From NCBI RefSeq assembly GCF_032191835.1, contig NC_083230.1, forward strand, positions 48,918,001 through 48,982,000: a stretch of 64,000 nucleotides of DNA, given 5' to 3'. Position 1 is the stretch's first letter, and every line of letters begins with the position of its first letter. The translations under genes were made by a program, and so were the position numbers. Below are positions 47,644 through 61,280 of the stretch, in pieces. The notes beneath the pieces were generated by a model. That model was not told the origin of the DNA. It saw nothing but the letters and a program-made list of their open reading frames with translations, and searched no databases. Origin of the DNA: Heteronotia binoei. Taxonomy: Eukaryota.

Positions 47644-48286
47644 TGTCAGAAGGTAGATTCTTGTGAGTTTCAGGTTCAGGCACAATGGATTTGGTAAATA
47701 AGAAACCAGTCATGAGTAATCAAGAGTCCATTGGATAGCAAGCAAGATACTTTTTGCAGTGCACAAAGTTATTTTGTGGTATGGTTGAAGCTATGGCAGT
47801 GACCAACAGTCAGCATGATTATGGAATGTTCATGAATGGTTTGCTGAGAGAATGGAATGAAATACAGTTAATGTTTGCATGGAGCCTAGTTTCATAAGGT
47901 GAAGGAAGAGGTTCCAGAAAGTGGGGGAAGTGAAGAGGCATGGAGTTTTGAGAAAGGGTAGACAGTGAAAACACAGGAACTTGGGTAAAGTTAGGGAGAG
48001 GAAATCCCCCGCCTGCCCCCAGGTCTGGGCTTAAGGAACCTGTGGGGGAAACTGCTGAGCTTTAAGACCAGAAGATGCTATATATAGGGTGAGGATGGGG
48101 AAGAGGAAAGAAAAGAAAAGGAAGGAGTGCTGAAGAGGGATTGGCTAGTCAGGACCTGAGTGACCGCAGCCTTTGTTTTATTCTCATATGAAGTTCTGGC
48201 AACAGCTACCTTTACTGAGGGAAGGGAAGGTGAATAAAGAGACATTTTTTCAGTCTTACTCCAGTTAGGACCATAATCCAGTGACA
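47644..48286 (+). mobile_element. Possible solo LTR in RAP1B intron 3
   Basis: TGTCAG...GTGACA termini, TATATATA at 48079-48086, AATAAA at 48233-48238; no TSD found. Confidence 0.4.
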
Positions 48287-48638
48287 GGCTATAGTAGCAA
48301 ACAAGCCTCTAATATTAGTAAAAAGGTCTTTTTCTCATTAAAAATTACTGTGAATGATAAGCACTTTTTATCACTCTTATCTTGTTCTTCCTGTGCTTCT
48401 TCTCCCCTTCCAGTTAAATGTAAAATTCTTGCCACAAATAATGAACCAAGCAAAATGAAATATTTTGCTATTTTATTATAAACTCTTATAAACTCTTTTT
48501 CAGCCTGCCAACTGCTTTGAATATGGTAAGGGACAAAATGTGTGCATTGTGGCTATAACTTGTAAAGGCAAGCAATTGTCTATTTTGAAATTTCATAATT
48601 TATAATTCAACAAAAAATTTCTTTTGTTCTTTTGACAG

Positions 48639-48695
48639 CAAGTTGAAGTAGATGCACAGCAATGTATGCTTGAAATCTTAGATACAGCAGGAACA
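48639..48695 (+). CDS. RAP1B: Rap-1b coding exon 3 (QVEVDAQQCMLEILDTAGT)
   Basis: CAG acceptor, GTAAGT donor; DTAGT with the Rap-specific Thr61; 57 nt. Confidence 0.98.
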
Positions 48696-49879
48696 GTAAG
48701 TAAACCACTGTGTCTGTATACAGATGTCTTATGTAGTAATGGATTGAGATTCAGAATATTATTGTAGGTTTTTGTCTGTCTTCCACAGATAGTTAGTGCG
48801 ATACCACTAGTTAGTGCGATACCAAGATTCATGCCAAATCATAAATAAATTGAAATTCTCCTTGCACCCATTTGACAGAAACATACACTTAAAATCATTG
48901 GTGAGTAGTGAAGGAAGAGGGCATGAGAGAATTAGAAGACTGATCTCTGGGCGTGTCTACTGGATTGATATTCCAGATGTGGCTATTCTGTATATTTATT
49001 AAACAGCAATATACTTGCTATTTTAAGTGAGCTTTCTACTACAGCCCCAGTTTTGTACTGGGGTAGTCACAACCCTATTACATATTTTGTCCCACACAAA
49101 TTATTTTTTTAATTTATTGATTCACAGTTATTATGCATTGTTAGTTCTAGCACAACATCTTTGTGTACATGAGTAGGCTGGGCCTTCTTAAGCTACCTTA
49201 AACATAATCAGTGACTGCAGAACACATGGATTGGGTTGAAGCCTGTGGAGGATTTCCACTGATGGGGGTATGTGATTTTCTATAATTCCCCCTTCTTGTT
49301 GTTCTACCCCCCCCCCCCCGACTATTCTGAGGGTCCTTGAGGGGAGCAGCATTGTGGGGACATCTGGGGATACAGCAGGAGAGGGAGGTGAGGAAATGTA
49401 CAGTATCCAAGCTGCTGATTAGAACATTAATTAGAATAAAGAATGATGGGGAAAGTTAGCTTTATTTAAGCAAAATAATGCATAGGATTTGTATGCATCA
49501 GGGAATTCAGAACCTGTTTTGTTCCGTTCACATTTAGGATGCTATAAACAAAGGGGGAAAGTAAAAACAAATTCTAACCTCCTTTAAATGGCCCTCTGTA
49601 ATATTAGGATCCAAAACTATCTATTTGTTATGCGAAGTGAAATTGTAGACATAGGTTTTACATTAAACGTTATTTTTTCAAGACACACTTGGCAGCTTAT
49701 CTTTGTGAACAAATACTTCCATGCAACGTTTATTCTTGAGACATCCTTTGCAGGCTTTTCTGAACATGTGTCAATAGCTTCTCTAAACATCTGGGTAACG
49801 GGGCTGGCCCATGTTTAGAATCCTAAGAAAGTTACTAGGAAAAACGTTGGCTGTGTAATTGGGTGTCATACTTGCATAA

Positions 49880-50089
<210 letters not shown>

Positions 50090-51797
50090 TGATGGAGATT
50101 CCCTTTGTAAAAATCAGGCTTTCCATTCTCTTACTGAAAACAAGTGTATCTAGCAATTTATGGTTTTCACAAAATTTTTGTAATATTTTTACATATCTTA
50201 TCAGCAAGCTGCTAAAAACTATATTCAGATTTAGTAGCTAAATTCTTAAGAAAAAAAAATAAATTTCCACTTAATCATTTTCTACAAGAAAAAATCCGAG
50301 GTCAGCCAGTTACATTTTCTTATGGAAGTTCAAACAGGTCTAAATGTATGAAAAGTGAATAGCTGAAACAGGATGCTAGACTATTTGGACCACCAGTCTG
50401 ATCTAGCAGGGCTGTTCTTATGTTAGTATGTCTTCATTGCTGATGGAAAGTATGGCTTCCTAAATACAAAACAACGGCATTGTTTTAAAATAAAAATGCT
50501 TTTTGCTCTGGAAATTTATATAAATTGTCATTGAATGGAGTACAATCCTATGTGTATCTTAGAGGAAATTATAATATATGGCAAACCAATATCATCTTGG
50601 CTTTAGTCTTTGAATTGTGAGCCCTAGAGGCTTGCCTTGAACTGTTTTATGGGAAGAACTGCTGCTTGTTTGCATGTATTCTTTCTGCTTCTTTTTTGCA
50701 TGTAGGCTGAGAGGAGTAGCAGGACACTGAGTTGAGGTCATTCAGCAGTGGAGAATATTCCTTCCTAACACAGTGAAGTTCAGAGTCCACCCTTCCTGCA
50801 AAAGCTCTCTCTTAGCTTCTCTCTTCTTCAGCCGTGTCTTGCCACTCTCCAGCCTCTTGTTCCTACAGTGTGCACATGCTTGCAGCATGGAGCTCCCTTC
50901 CCCAATTGTGAAGTCATAAATCTGACTCCTCTTCTTCCTGTTGTGCAACTGTATCACAACTTCCTGTCATACGTTTATAGCTCAGTGGGTCTTGTGTTGT
51001 CTTACGCTGTCACCTCGGTGTTAAAGTTGAATCCCAGATTGGAAAAGTTCAGGACCATTAATGTAGTAGTTAAGTTTCCAATGAGTGTGTTTTGTCTTTA
51101 ATTCACAGCTGTCAAGTAGTCCTTGCTAAGATATGAATGTTGTTCAGAATCATCATTTCCACATAACTAAGTATAACATAAACGTAACATAAATAGGCTG
51201 TTTCATAAAAACTGGATGGATCATATTGGGAAAAACCAATGGAAATAATGCAATATAAAAAGGAGCAAATAGAAGTTGTATGGCTTTAGTTTGACAGTTG
51301 AAGCGTCCTGGTATCTGGTTCTCAAGCATTGTGCAAAAGTAATGATTAACTGTAAGAACACTAGTAAGATCTTGTTATCTTGCTAACCCAGGAAGGGTTT
51401 CTTTTAGCTTATCTTCGCCTTCATTTCCCCTCCCATCCACACTTACCTGGTTTCATGGATATGAGTGAGCTATTTCAACTGTATTGTCATTGTTTTATGC
51501 TATTGAAAGTGGTGAAAATGGCTTTGAGAATTCTAAATCTAAACCATTCTTTAATGGTGTGTTTGCAAATATAGCAGTTATTTTAAAATTTCTTTAATGG
51601 TGCATTTTAAATGCTTATCCTGCAATTCCCACTCTTGTTTTCATATTGTCAGAATCCAGCAGCTGTTTCAGCTTTTAGATATAAAATCTTGAGTATAACT
51701 GACTAGTCCCAGTAATGACTTTCTAAGATCAACAGTCACTAATTGTTCAGTGTAAATTTAAAATATCTCAATTGTCTACATAAATTTATCATTTTAG

Positions 51798-51965
<168 letters not shown>

Positions 51966-52872
51966 TAACTGTGCTTATTTTATCTATAGCAGTACTGTTA
52001 ACAGCTTTTGTGAATTTTAGCAGTAATGATGTTTTTCTAGTAATTAAATATGTGTGCTTTGAGCCAGGAAAAAAGTATTTGTATCAGAGTTCTGAGGAAA
52101 TCAGTAAGATCTAAAAGTTATTATTGATATATCCTATTGATTTCAGAAACTGGCATGTGGTGTGGGAAACACAAATAGGCTGCTGTGAACTCTTTGAAGG
52201 AAGAGGAAAGAGATGTGTAACATATCTGGTTGGGGTCACAGACTACTTTAAGTTTAAGTGGTATTCCTTCTCTTTTTGTGGATGTGATTTGAGAGTTAAG
52301 TCTTTTGGGCTTTGCATTGGAAAACAGAGTAAAAATCAGTTCTGTTTCATACCCATGTTGTACCATGACGACTGCATTAGGACTTGTATTAATTTGGTGC
52401 CATCTGAGCAATTGGCATTCCCAGGTGGTTGGCTCTCAATTAGCAGTTTCTTCCTACCTGTTGCTTTGAAGTGATCTGGAAGTTGGCTGTATGAACTCCA
52501 GTATAAGAGGGAGAAGCTGTCCCCTTCCCTTGAGTTCCCACCCTGATTTCAAGAAAACAGAATCCTTTGCTTTCACATTATCCAGATGGCATGCTTCCTT
52601 TTGTCTATAAGTTGAATTTCAGAAATCTCTTCTGCTAGTTGCATTGATCTTATTAGCAATTTTATGCATTCTTTATTCATTTACAGTATTTATGATCCAC
52701 CTTTCTCACTGAGACTCAAAGTGGTCTATACAACATAAACAGATAAATCCATATGAAGAGACCTCTAATAAATATGATGTTGTTGAATACAGTCAGTATG
52801 AGGAGACATTAAATGAGTAATGGATTTAGGATTACCAAAATCTGAATGACCACAGCATATTATGATACACAG

Positions 52873-53361
52873 CAGGATTCCTCAACCTTTCAGAGCCTAA
52901 GGGCACCCTTGGAATTTTGAAAAAGGGTGGTGAGTGCCATGGGAGATGAAACCCAAACACCTCCCTCCCCACTTTGCAAAAGAATCACAGAAAAGGGGTG
53001 GGAGGGAGAGAAAGGGGAGCCTGAGATGTGAAGGGTGAACAAAAAGAAAGGAAGGAAAACCTGAGATAGGAAGGAGAAAGAGGAATAAAAAGAAAGGAAG
53101 GAAAACTGGAGTGGGAGAAGTAGGACGGAGAAAAAAAACTTAAACTTGAAGAGAGAATGAAATCACATGTTGACTAAAGAATGTCCCAGTGCTTTCCAGT
53201 TCTCTTGATATTACAGGGTTATGGGTGCTATTGCAACTGTGGAAAATTTCATTTTATAGAGAGCATCCAGTAACAAGCCTCACTTTACAATGGCCGTGTC
53301 TACTTTCTGAAAAGCTTGGTGGGTGCCATGGTGCCCATGGACATTACTTTGGAGAACCCTC
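52873..53361. mobile_element. hAT-type MITE, 489 bp, with purine-rich core
   Basis: TIRs CAGGATTCCTCAAC / TTTGGAGAACCCTC (9/14); TSD ATACACAG (52865-52872) vs ATACACAA (53362-53369), 7/8; same family as 57977-58339. Confidence 0.75.
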
Positions 53362-53969
53362 ATACACAAAATAAAATTTAATGAAGGAAAATGGTATTAC
53401 ATTAGTAGAAAACAATTATCGTATGGCAGTATGTGTGGGATAGGCAGGAAATCCTAAGATTGTCCGGCTGCTGAGAGTACTAGGTCCTTTTAGTGTTCTT
53501 CACCACTAGGTGGTGAGCTAGATTTATTTTGGGGGCTGAGAGAGCTGTGACTGACCCAAGGTTACCCGGCTGGCTTCATGTGGAGGAGCTTTCTCTGCCA
53601 GAAAAAAGTCTAGCTTGCTGCCTAGTGGTCCTTAACACTAAAGAGGATTTAAGACTGCTTGGCAATCTTTGGATCTCCTGCCTATACCACACATACCACC
53701 ATCCCATAATAATTATTAATTATTACAAAAGAGTAAATTGGCAACAGGGTAATATGTGATAAGCATCTATATAATAGACAGTGCCTTGAATGAAACCTGG
53801 TGTGATAGGCAGCCAATGGAATGGCTGCAGAATAGGTATAATGTTCATGCCGCATCTAGCTCCTGATAAGAATTTAGTGGCATTCTGTACCAGATGGAAT
53901 TTGAGTTAACTTCAAGGACAGACCCATGTAGAGTGCATTACAATAGAATAATTGTATATTAAAAAAAAT

Positions 53970-55560
53970 GTTATGCCACCTTTCTATCCAATCAGGGTTT
54001 CCAAGGGAAAGCACTTTAAAACTTTAGAACATTTGAACAATTAAAAACAACATTTAAAATTAAACACAAACATTACCTGAACCTAGGGAGGAGGAACAAT
54101 AAAACAAGCTAGCAAAAAAAACACCAACTGGCAGATAGAGGGGGAGAGGAATCTCCCTGTGGGGAGGGAATTCCAAAGTTTGGGTGCCACGACTGAGAAA
54201 GCCCTTCCTTGGGTTGTATCCATCTAGCCTTAGATGATGGGGGCAACTGAACCTCTGAGGTTGACCAAAGTGAATGGGTAAGTTCTTATGGGAGAAAGCA
54301 GTCTTTAAAGTACATCGGTCTTGGGCTGTATAGGGCTTAAATGTCAATACCAGCATGTTCAATTGAGCCCAGAAGCAAATTGAAAGCCAGTGCAGATGGG
54401 ATTGGAGTGATTTGGTCTCTGTGACCCACTCCAGTCAACACTCTGGCTGCAGCATTCTATGCCAGCTGCAGTTTCTGTACAGTCTTCAAGGGCACTCCCC
54501 TGTAGATTACATTGCAGTAATCTAATCTAGACATTACCAGAGCATGCACCACAATGGCAAGATCTTTGTCACCCAGGAAAAGCTGCAGCTGGTTCACCAG
54601 CTGAAGTTGATGAAAGGCACCCCTGGCCACTATTGTTACCTGTTTGTCCCAACAGGGGGCCTGGTCCAAGAGTACCACCAAGTTGCAAGCCAATCCTGAA
54701 GAAGAAATAACCCATTTTCTGGGTTAGATAGCCCCCTACCAGTAGCTTCTCCATTTCTTCAAAATTAGAAGAAAGCACTTTTTTGCAGCTGAATTAACTT
54801 GCTTCTTGAGAAGTAATGCTGGATCTTGTGCAATTCCTAGGATCTTAACCAAATCAGGAGGGGTCAGCTGAACTCCATCAAAGGAGGGGGGCAGAACATA
54901 AAGGCTTCAGTCTTCCCAGTGAACAATACTTCCATCATATTAGGATCCAGTTTGTTGGTTCTGCCCTAGCCATTTAACCTCAGTGGTTCAAGACTTCTTC
55001 CACATCACCAGGAGATTTGGATAGAGAGTTATAGAGCTGTATATTGTCAGCATGTTGATGATGCCCAGTTCGAAAGCTACAAATAGTTTCTCCTAAGGAC
55101 TTTACATAGAGGTTCAGTAATAAGGGGATAGGTCTGCAGCCAGTGGAACCCCACTGATAACTAGTCTTCGTTAGCAACTCTTTTGAGACGGTCTGTAAGG
55201 AATTATTTAAACCAGTTCAAAGCACATCTCCTGATTCCTATTTCTTCCTCCAAACATCTCAGTAAGATGGCAAGATCCAGTGTGTCAAGGCTGCATATAA
55301 ATCTGGTAGGAATAACAAAGAAGCATGCCCTTTATCTGCATTCATATGGTGATCATCAACTAAGGTAGACAGCACTATCCCTGTCTCATAACCTGGCCTG
55401 AAACCAGACTGAAAAAGTTATGAAACACAAGAATTAACCAAAAAGATATGGAATTGGTCTGCCGCTGTTGTCTCAGTCACCTTGCCCAGAAGGCAGATTA
55501 AAGACAGGACAGTAATTGGCCACATCACTTTCCCTATAAGGATGTTTGTTTTTAAGTAGT
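53970..55560 (-). mobile_element. Decayed L2 LINE fragment (RT C-terminal half and 3' tail)
   Basis: VHALVMSRLDYCNVIYRGVPLKTVQKLQL, PLLLNLYVKSLGE..HQHADNIQLY, NYCPVFNL in broken minus-strand ORFs. Confidence 0.85.
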
Positions 55561-55888
55561 GGGTGGGTAGCTCCCTCTTCGAGTTGCTGATACCTTGAGT
55601 CATGGGTTGCAGTCACACATGTACTTGCGGTACACTTTGCAACTGGCTTTTGCAAGTTCACACTATAGAATCCAATTGGAAAGTGGATTGAAAGTGCATT
55701 ATTCAGTGTGTGTGATTGCAGCTAATTGATAATTTATGTTGGTCATCAAGGGTTGTTCATGTGATCCTTACATGATTTCAGCAGCCAGGATGGGCAGAGA
55801 TACAGAGCACAAGTGGTGGCCTTCATAGATCCCAAGATCCTTTCAATGTCTATCATTGTATCAGAATGGCCCATTTGTTTATCAGATA

Positions 55889-56185
55889 AAGGTAAAGGAA
55901 GTCCCCTGTGCAAACACCAGTCGTTTCTGACTCTGGGGTGACGTTGCTTTCACGTTTTTGCGGCAGACTTTTTTACTGGGTGGTTTGCCATTGCCTTCCC
56001 CAGTCATCTACACTTTCCTCCCAGCAAGCTGGGTACTCATTTACCGACCTCAGAAGGGTGGAAGGCTGAGTCAACCTGAGCCGGCTACCTGAAACCAGCT
56101 TCCGCTGGGATCAAACTCAAGTCGTGAGCAGAGAGTTCAGACTGCAGTACTGCAGCTTTACCTTTCTGCGCCATGGGGCTCTTGC
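55889..56185 (-). mobile_element. Full-length Sauria SINE (Squam1-like)
   Basis: Minus-strand head GAGCCCCATGGCGCAGAAAGGTAAAGCTGCAGTACTGCAG, (ACCTTT)-type tail; 12-bp TSD GTTTATCAGATA at 55877-55888 and 56186-56197. Confidence 0.9.
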
Positions 56186-57976
56186 GTTTATCAGATATCA
56201 AGGTATAATTAAATAGATTCACCAGTTTTTGCTGGACTCATTAATTGGATGCTATTTGTGGTTGCTGCCAACAATAGCTGACCTCCCTAGAGTCCTCCCA
56301 GTTTGAAGGAAGGCAAACTATAATTGTACTCTCTAGTTCTCTGTGAAATGTGGGAAGGAGGATATGTTTTGCTTTTGTGTTTAACTTTTGCAGAGAAGCA
56401 ATTGTGCTTAGCTGCTTCTCCCAAAGCCCCAAAGAAATGGAGAAAAGCTACACCTGTATTTCCCTACTTTTGTGTACTTCACAGAGATCTCAAGATCTTT
56501 ACCTTGGGCAAGTAGGGCTGATGGAGCATTCTGTCTGTCTCAAATGTTGTCATAATGGAGGGTGCAGTCACCATTTCCATCACAGCAAATTGTTTGCGGA
56601 ATTCTGTTTTATTTTGTCATGAGCTTCATGCATTAGGTGCAGAAAGCCATTGCTTATAAAATTTCTTGTTACAGTATACCACTTGGACTGAGGTACCATA
56701 ATACCACCTCTTAGCTTCGAAGCTACTTTTATAGTATTCGTGATAAAAACAGATATTTCAGTTATATAGTCTTGCATAATGAACTGGGATAAAATGCATG
56801 CTTGGAGGATTTCTCAGCTGTTTTTGTTTTAACTATGTGCAGTTGCTCAAGATTTGTTTATGGCTGGGGCTGATGGGAGTATGTAATTCCTAAATTGGTG
56901 AAACCTTGGGCAACAGTATGAGGGCATAGTCACGACCTTCAAGCATGTTGCTGACTTCATTTCTGAAAGAATATGGCTCTTCATGGCTAGTTGCAGAACC
57001 CCAAATGCTTTATAAATTGCCCTAAAATTTAACAGTTTGGGGATTCAATGCATGGTCTCTTCTGTGTTCATCTTTAACATCTTTGCTTGAACATGAGAGC
57101 TCTGGAAGCAGGTGTTAAAAGGGAACTTCAGAAAGAACTTTGTGTAGGCATGTTCCTCAGGGACAATATCTTTGCAGTAAAATCTTATTCTCTTAAATGA
57201 ACATTTGTTGAATTAATGTAGTTTTATGTACACATATTCTAGCATTTGTATAAAAGTGTATGCCTGTCAGCTTTTTATGTAGTGCCTGTATGCTTAGTAC
57301 AGGCCTTCTCAATGATCCATAGCGGCTCAGACCACTTCCTGCTTTTGAGGCCTACTTGCCATTGTAAAAAGGAAAAAAATGATGACACATGAAAACAAAA
57401 TAAGGCACCAAAAAAGGAGTGAGACAAAAGTTGTAACACTTACCAGATGTCAAGTTTAGTGTCAAAATTTGAGACCCCCTTTGAGCTTGAGAACCAGGCA
57501 AATGGATTTCCTGAACTACCTCACCACCTTCCATTGAACTAGGAAATCCCATATTCAGGTAGATCTCGTCTCTCTAATTGTCCTTGCTGCAGTTGGAGGA
57601 GTGACAGAGGGAAGGGGATGTGAGCACTAGGTCTGCTTCTGTTTTTATCCTGGGTGCAGTTGAAGTGGTCAAGTGATGAGGGAATAATGCCAAAATATTT
57701 TTAGGGTTCCAGTGTAATGTGGAAAAACTGGTTTTGCAGACAGCAAAATGGTTTTTGTAGGGGGCTTTTTTTAGTGCAGTGTGAAAAAACTGGTTTTGCA
57801 GATAGCGAAAAAGAAATAAAATCTCCTTTTAAACTGAGCATGTTAGTACAACTTCTGAGAAGAGAGATACATTACTTTGACTTGATCTTATTTGTCAGGT
57901 GAGGTCCCTTAACAGCAATGATACTTCTGATGATCAGCAAGAAATTTTATAAAGTTTCTTGTACAAGACTCAACTT

Positions 57977-58339
57977 CAGGGATCCCCAGCTTTTTTGAGC
58001 TTATGGAAAGCTTTAAAATTCTAACACAGAGAGGTCGGTGCACCCACAAAATGGCTGCTGCAGGAGGCAAAACAACACACACATGGGAAGCCTGAGTGCA
58101 AGGGAGAAGAGGGGAACTTTAAAAATACACTGGAAAGAAAAATGAGAGGGAATAAAACCAATATTGTGGTGGCAGCTCCAGCTGAAACAATGTTGTTTTA
58201 ATATGCCCAGCCAGTCAGAAGCCCTGCTGGGCACCAGCCCCACGTGACCCCCATCCACTTTCTAAAACTGCTTGATGGGTACTAGGAAAGGTGTTGGCAG
58301 GCTCCATGGCTTCCACAGGCACCATGCTGGGGACCCCTG
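57977..58339. mobile_element. hAT-type MITE, 363 bp
   Basis: TIRs CAGGGATCCCCAGC / GCTGGGGACCCCTG (13/14); TSD CTCAACTT vs TTCTACTT, 6/8. Confidence 0.85.
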
Positions 58340-58524
58340 TTCTACTTAACAAAGTATTTCAAGTTAAACATTGAGAGAAGTAGAATTTAAGCATTATTAG
58401 ATCTAAAAAGATTAAATGCAAAAAATATGCAGTAGTCTTTAAATTTTTAATGTTTAAAACACTAATGAAGTGCTGTAAACTCCTTGAAAAATCAGAGTAT
58501 ATAAAGCAAACTCTCTTCTTACAG

Positions 58525-58611
58525 ATCTTTTATGACCTTGTGCGGCAAATTAACAGAAAAACTCCTGTGCCTGGAAAAGCACGCAAAAAGTCATCATGTC
58601 AGCTACTTTAA
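58525..58611 (+). CDS. RAP1B: Rap-1b final coding exon ([28 protein letters not shown]); exon continues to 58640
   Basis: CAG acceptor; the C-terminus [15 protein letters not shown] is diagnostic of Rap1B rather than Rap1A (polybasic region, PKA-site serines, CaaL geranylgeranylation box); TAA 58609-58611; donor CAG|GTAAGA at 58641. Total 184 aa. Confidence 0.98.
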   Translation: MFYDLVRQINRKTPVPGKARKKSSCQLL

Positions 58612-58864
58612 TACATGTGTGTACTGTAGCACTGAGCCAGGTAAGATTAGTGAGTAAATATATAAATTTGGAAACCTCAGTAGATGATGGTGTGGTTTAA
58701 AGCTAGTAGCAGATTAATGGATTTCTTTTGTCTTGGGGCAGGTTCTCTTGGTGATTTTTAATTTTGATGTATATTGAGGGGAGCAAATTGGAGAACATGT
58801 CCAGAACAAAAATTGTTTAGAATGTCAAATGATGAAGAAATATGTTCTGAATATTAAGATAAAA

Positions 58865-58995
58865 TATTGAACACGAGACTGCCTTTACACTGAATCGAAC
58901 CATTGGTCCATCAAGGTCAGTCTTGGAAACTCCATAGACTGAACTTGGAACCTTCTGCATGCCAAGCAGATGCTCCGCCTCTGAGCCACAGCCGT
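58865..58995 (-). mobile_element. Degenerate tRNA-derived SINE (Squam2-related)
   Basis: Minus strand GGCTGTGGCTCAGAGGCGGAGCATCTGCTTGGCATGCAGAAGGTTCCAAGTTCAGTC head, internally deleted. Confidence 0.55.
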
Positions 58996-59745
58996 AGCAG
59001 ATCCTTTGAAAAGGGCAGAAGAATCTTGTCAACATTAAAATGGCTACTTTGTACAGATACAACTCTTCAGTTGAATGAGTTTTCTATTGCTGTTTCTGAA
59101 ATGTACAAATTACCTTACCGTGATTCAGTGCACACTGTACTAGCAATAAAAATTTAACTACTTTTTTGTTATGGGTGAAACAGCTACATAAAATTATAGC
59201 CCTTTTAGTATTAGTGGGATGCCATTTTTCTGTTCTTTATGATCCACTGAACTTTAGATTATCTTGTACTTCATTATTGTTTCATAATCTTTCTGACTAT
59301 TAAAGACCATTGTTATGATGACTGGCAGGGCATGCCAAAATGCACATCTAAGTTTAGCATGCTATTAGAGGTACTGTTCTTACAAATACTTCTATAGTCA
59401 TGATTACCTTTTAACATGCTAATATTATTTTATGCAATCAGACATACAGTGTACATTAAGTATTATGTGAGATCTTTCCATTTTTGGGATTCTGTGTATA
59501 TCTAGAACATGTCACCATAGAGTTATTAGAGAATAGTCAAGGAATATGTTGAATTTTTTCGTCTTTTTCTTTGTTTACTAAGCCTATAATCTTGTGCATG
59601 CTTATAGAGAAATGAGCCCCATTGGACTTAGTGAAATTTACTTCCAAGTAAGTTTACATCAGATCATCCAATTTTAAACATGTCATTTAGTTATGGCTAA
59701 CTATGTGACCACTTTCAGATATGCCATGTTTAATGAAAGGGCTTA

Positions 59746-61280
59746 CAGTATGTCACAGAAGTGGGATGCCCCACAGATGGCTCAATAGGGTTTAAGTCTG
59801 GAGACATGCTTGGCCAGTCCATCACCTTTACCCTCAACTTCTTTAGCAAGGCAGTGGTTGTTTTGGAGGTGTGTCTGGGGTCATTATCATGTTGGAACAC
59901 TTCCCTGCGCCCCAGTCTCTGAGGGGAGGGGATCATGCTGTGCTTCAGTATGTCACAGTCCATGTTGGCATTCATGGTTCCCTCAATGAACTTAGCTCCC
60001 CAGTGCTGGCAGCACTCATGCAGCCCCAGACCATGACATTCCCACCACCATGCTTGACTGTAGGCAAGACACACTTGTCTTTGTACTCCTCACCTGGTTG
60101 CCCCCACACACGCTTGACACCATCTGAACCAAATTGGTCTGCAGGGCTGTCATCCCAGAAGGAAGCCTCTTCTAAAGACGATGCACAAGAAAGCCTTAAA
60201 ACGGTTTGCTGCAGACAAGCAGACTTGGATTTCTAGAACTATATCCTGTGACATGGATTTCTGGAACTATATCCTGTGATCCGATGAGACCAAGATAAAC
60301 TTATTTGGTTCAGATGGTGTCAAGCGTATGTGGCGGCAACATGGTGAGGAGTACAAAGACAAGTGTGTCTTGCCTACAGTCAAGCATGGTGGTGGGAATG
60401 TCATGATCTGGGGCTGCATGAGTGCTGCCAGCACTGGGGAGCTACAGTTCATTGAGGGAACCATCAGGGGGGGAGGGACGGTGGCTCAGTGGTAGAGCAT
60501 CTGCTTGGGAAGCAGAAGGTCCCAGGTTCAATCCCTGGCATCTCCAAAAAAGGGTCCAGGCAAATAGGTGTGAAAAACCTCAGCTTGAGACCCTGGAGAG
60601 CCGCTGCCAGTCTGAGAAGACAATACTGACTTTGATGGCCAAGGGTCTGATTCAGTATAAGGCAGCTTCATATGTTCATGAATGTCAACATGTACTGTGA
60701 CATAATGAAGCAGAGCATGATCCCCTCCCCTCAGAGACTGGGGCATAGGGCAGTGTTCCAACATAACGACCCCAAACACACCTCCAAAATGACCACTGCC
60801 TTGCTAAAGAAGTTGAGGGTAAAGGTGATGGACTGGCCAAGCATGTCTCCAGACTTAAACCCTATTGAGCATCTGTGGGGCATCCTGAAACAGAAGGTGG
60901 AGGTGTGCAAGGTCTCTAACATCCACCAGCTACGTGACGTCATCATGGAGTGGAAGAGGACTCCAGTGGCAACCTGTGAACTCTGTGCCCAAGAGGATCA
61001 AGGTAGTGCTGGAATATAATGGTGGCCACACAAAATATTGACACTTTGGGTCCCATTTTGGACATTATCACTTAGGGGTATATTCACTTTTGTTGCCAGC
61101 AGTCTAGACATTAATGGCTGTGTGTTGCGTAATTTTGAGGAGACAGCACATTTACACTGTTATACAAGCTGTAGACTCACTACATTACATTGTAGCCAAG
61201 TGTCATTTCTTGTCACATGAAAAGATATACTTAAATATTTACAAAAGGTGAGGGGGTGTACTCCCTTCTGTGACATAGTG
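59746..61280. mobile_element. Tc1/mariner (DD34E-type) element, internally rearranged into an inverted duplication
   Basis: TA-flanked TIRs CAGTATGTCACAGAAG / CTTCTGTGACATAGTG. Plus-strand transposase relic GCHPRRKPLL..SDETKINLFGSDG..TVKHGGGNVMIWGC..FQH(D)NDPKH..WPSMSPDLNPIEHLW from about 60140. Minus-strand copy of part of the same region at 59764-60134. Confidence 0.9.
60465..60676 (+). mobile_element. tRNA-derived SINE (Squam2-like) inserted in the Tc1 transposase
   Basis: Splits FIEGT|MNVNMYC; flanked by CAT...CAT; near-identical to 40621-40832. Confidence 0.88.

Noticed and set aside
58621-58629. miR-101 8mer (GTACTGTA) and overlapping miR-139 7mer (ACTGTAG) just after the stop
   Set aside because: Within about 15 nt of the stop codon, where the terminating ribosome usually blocks sites, and not shared with the human sequence as I recall it.
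60672-61019. 115-aa Tc1 transposase ORF as a functional or domesticated gene
   Set aside because: Lacks the DNA-binding N-terminus, has a TGA before the first catalytic Asp, a SINE insertion, and a deleted Asp in FQHDND.
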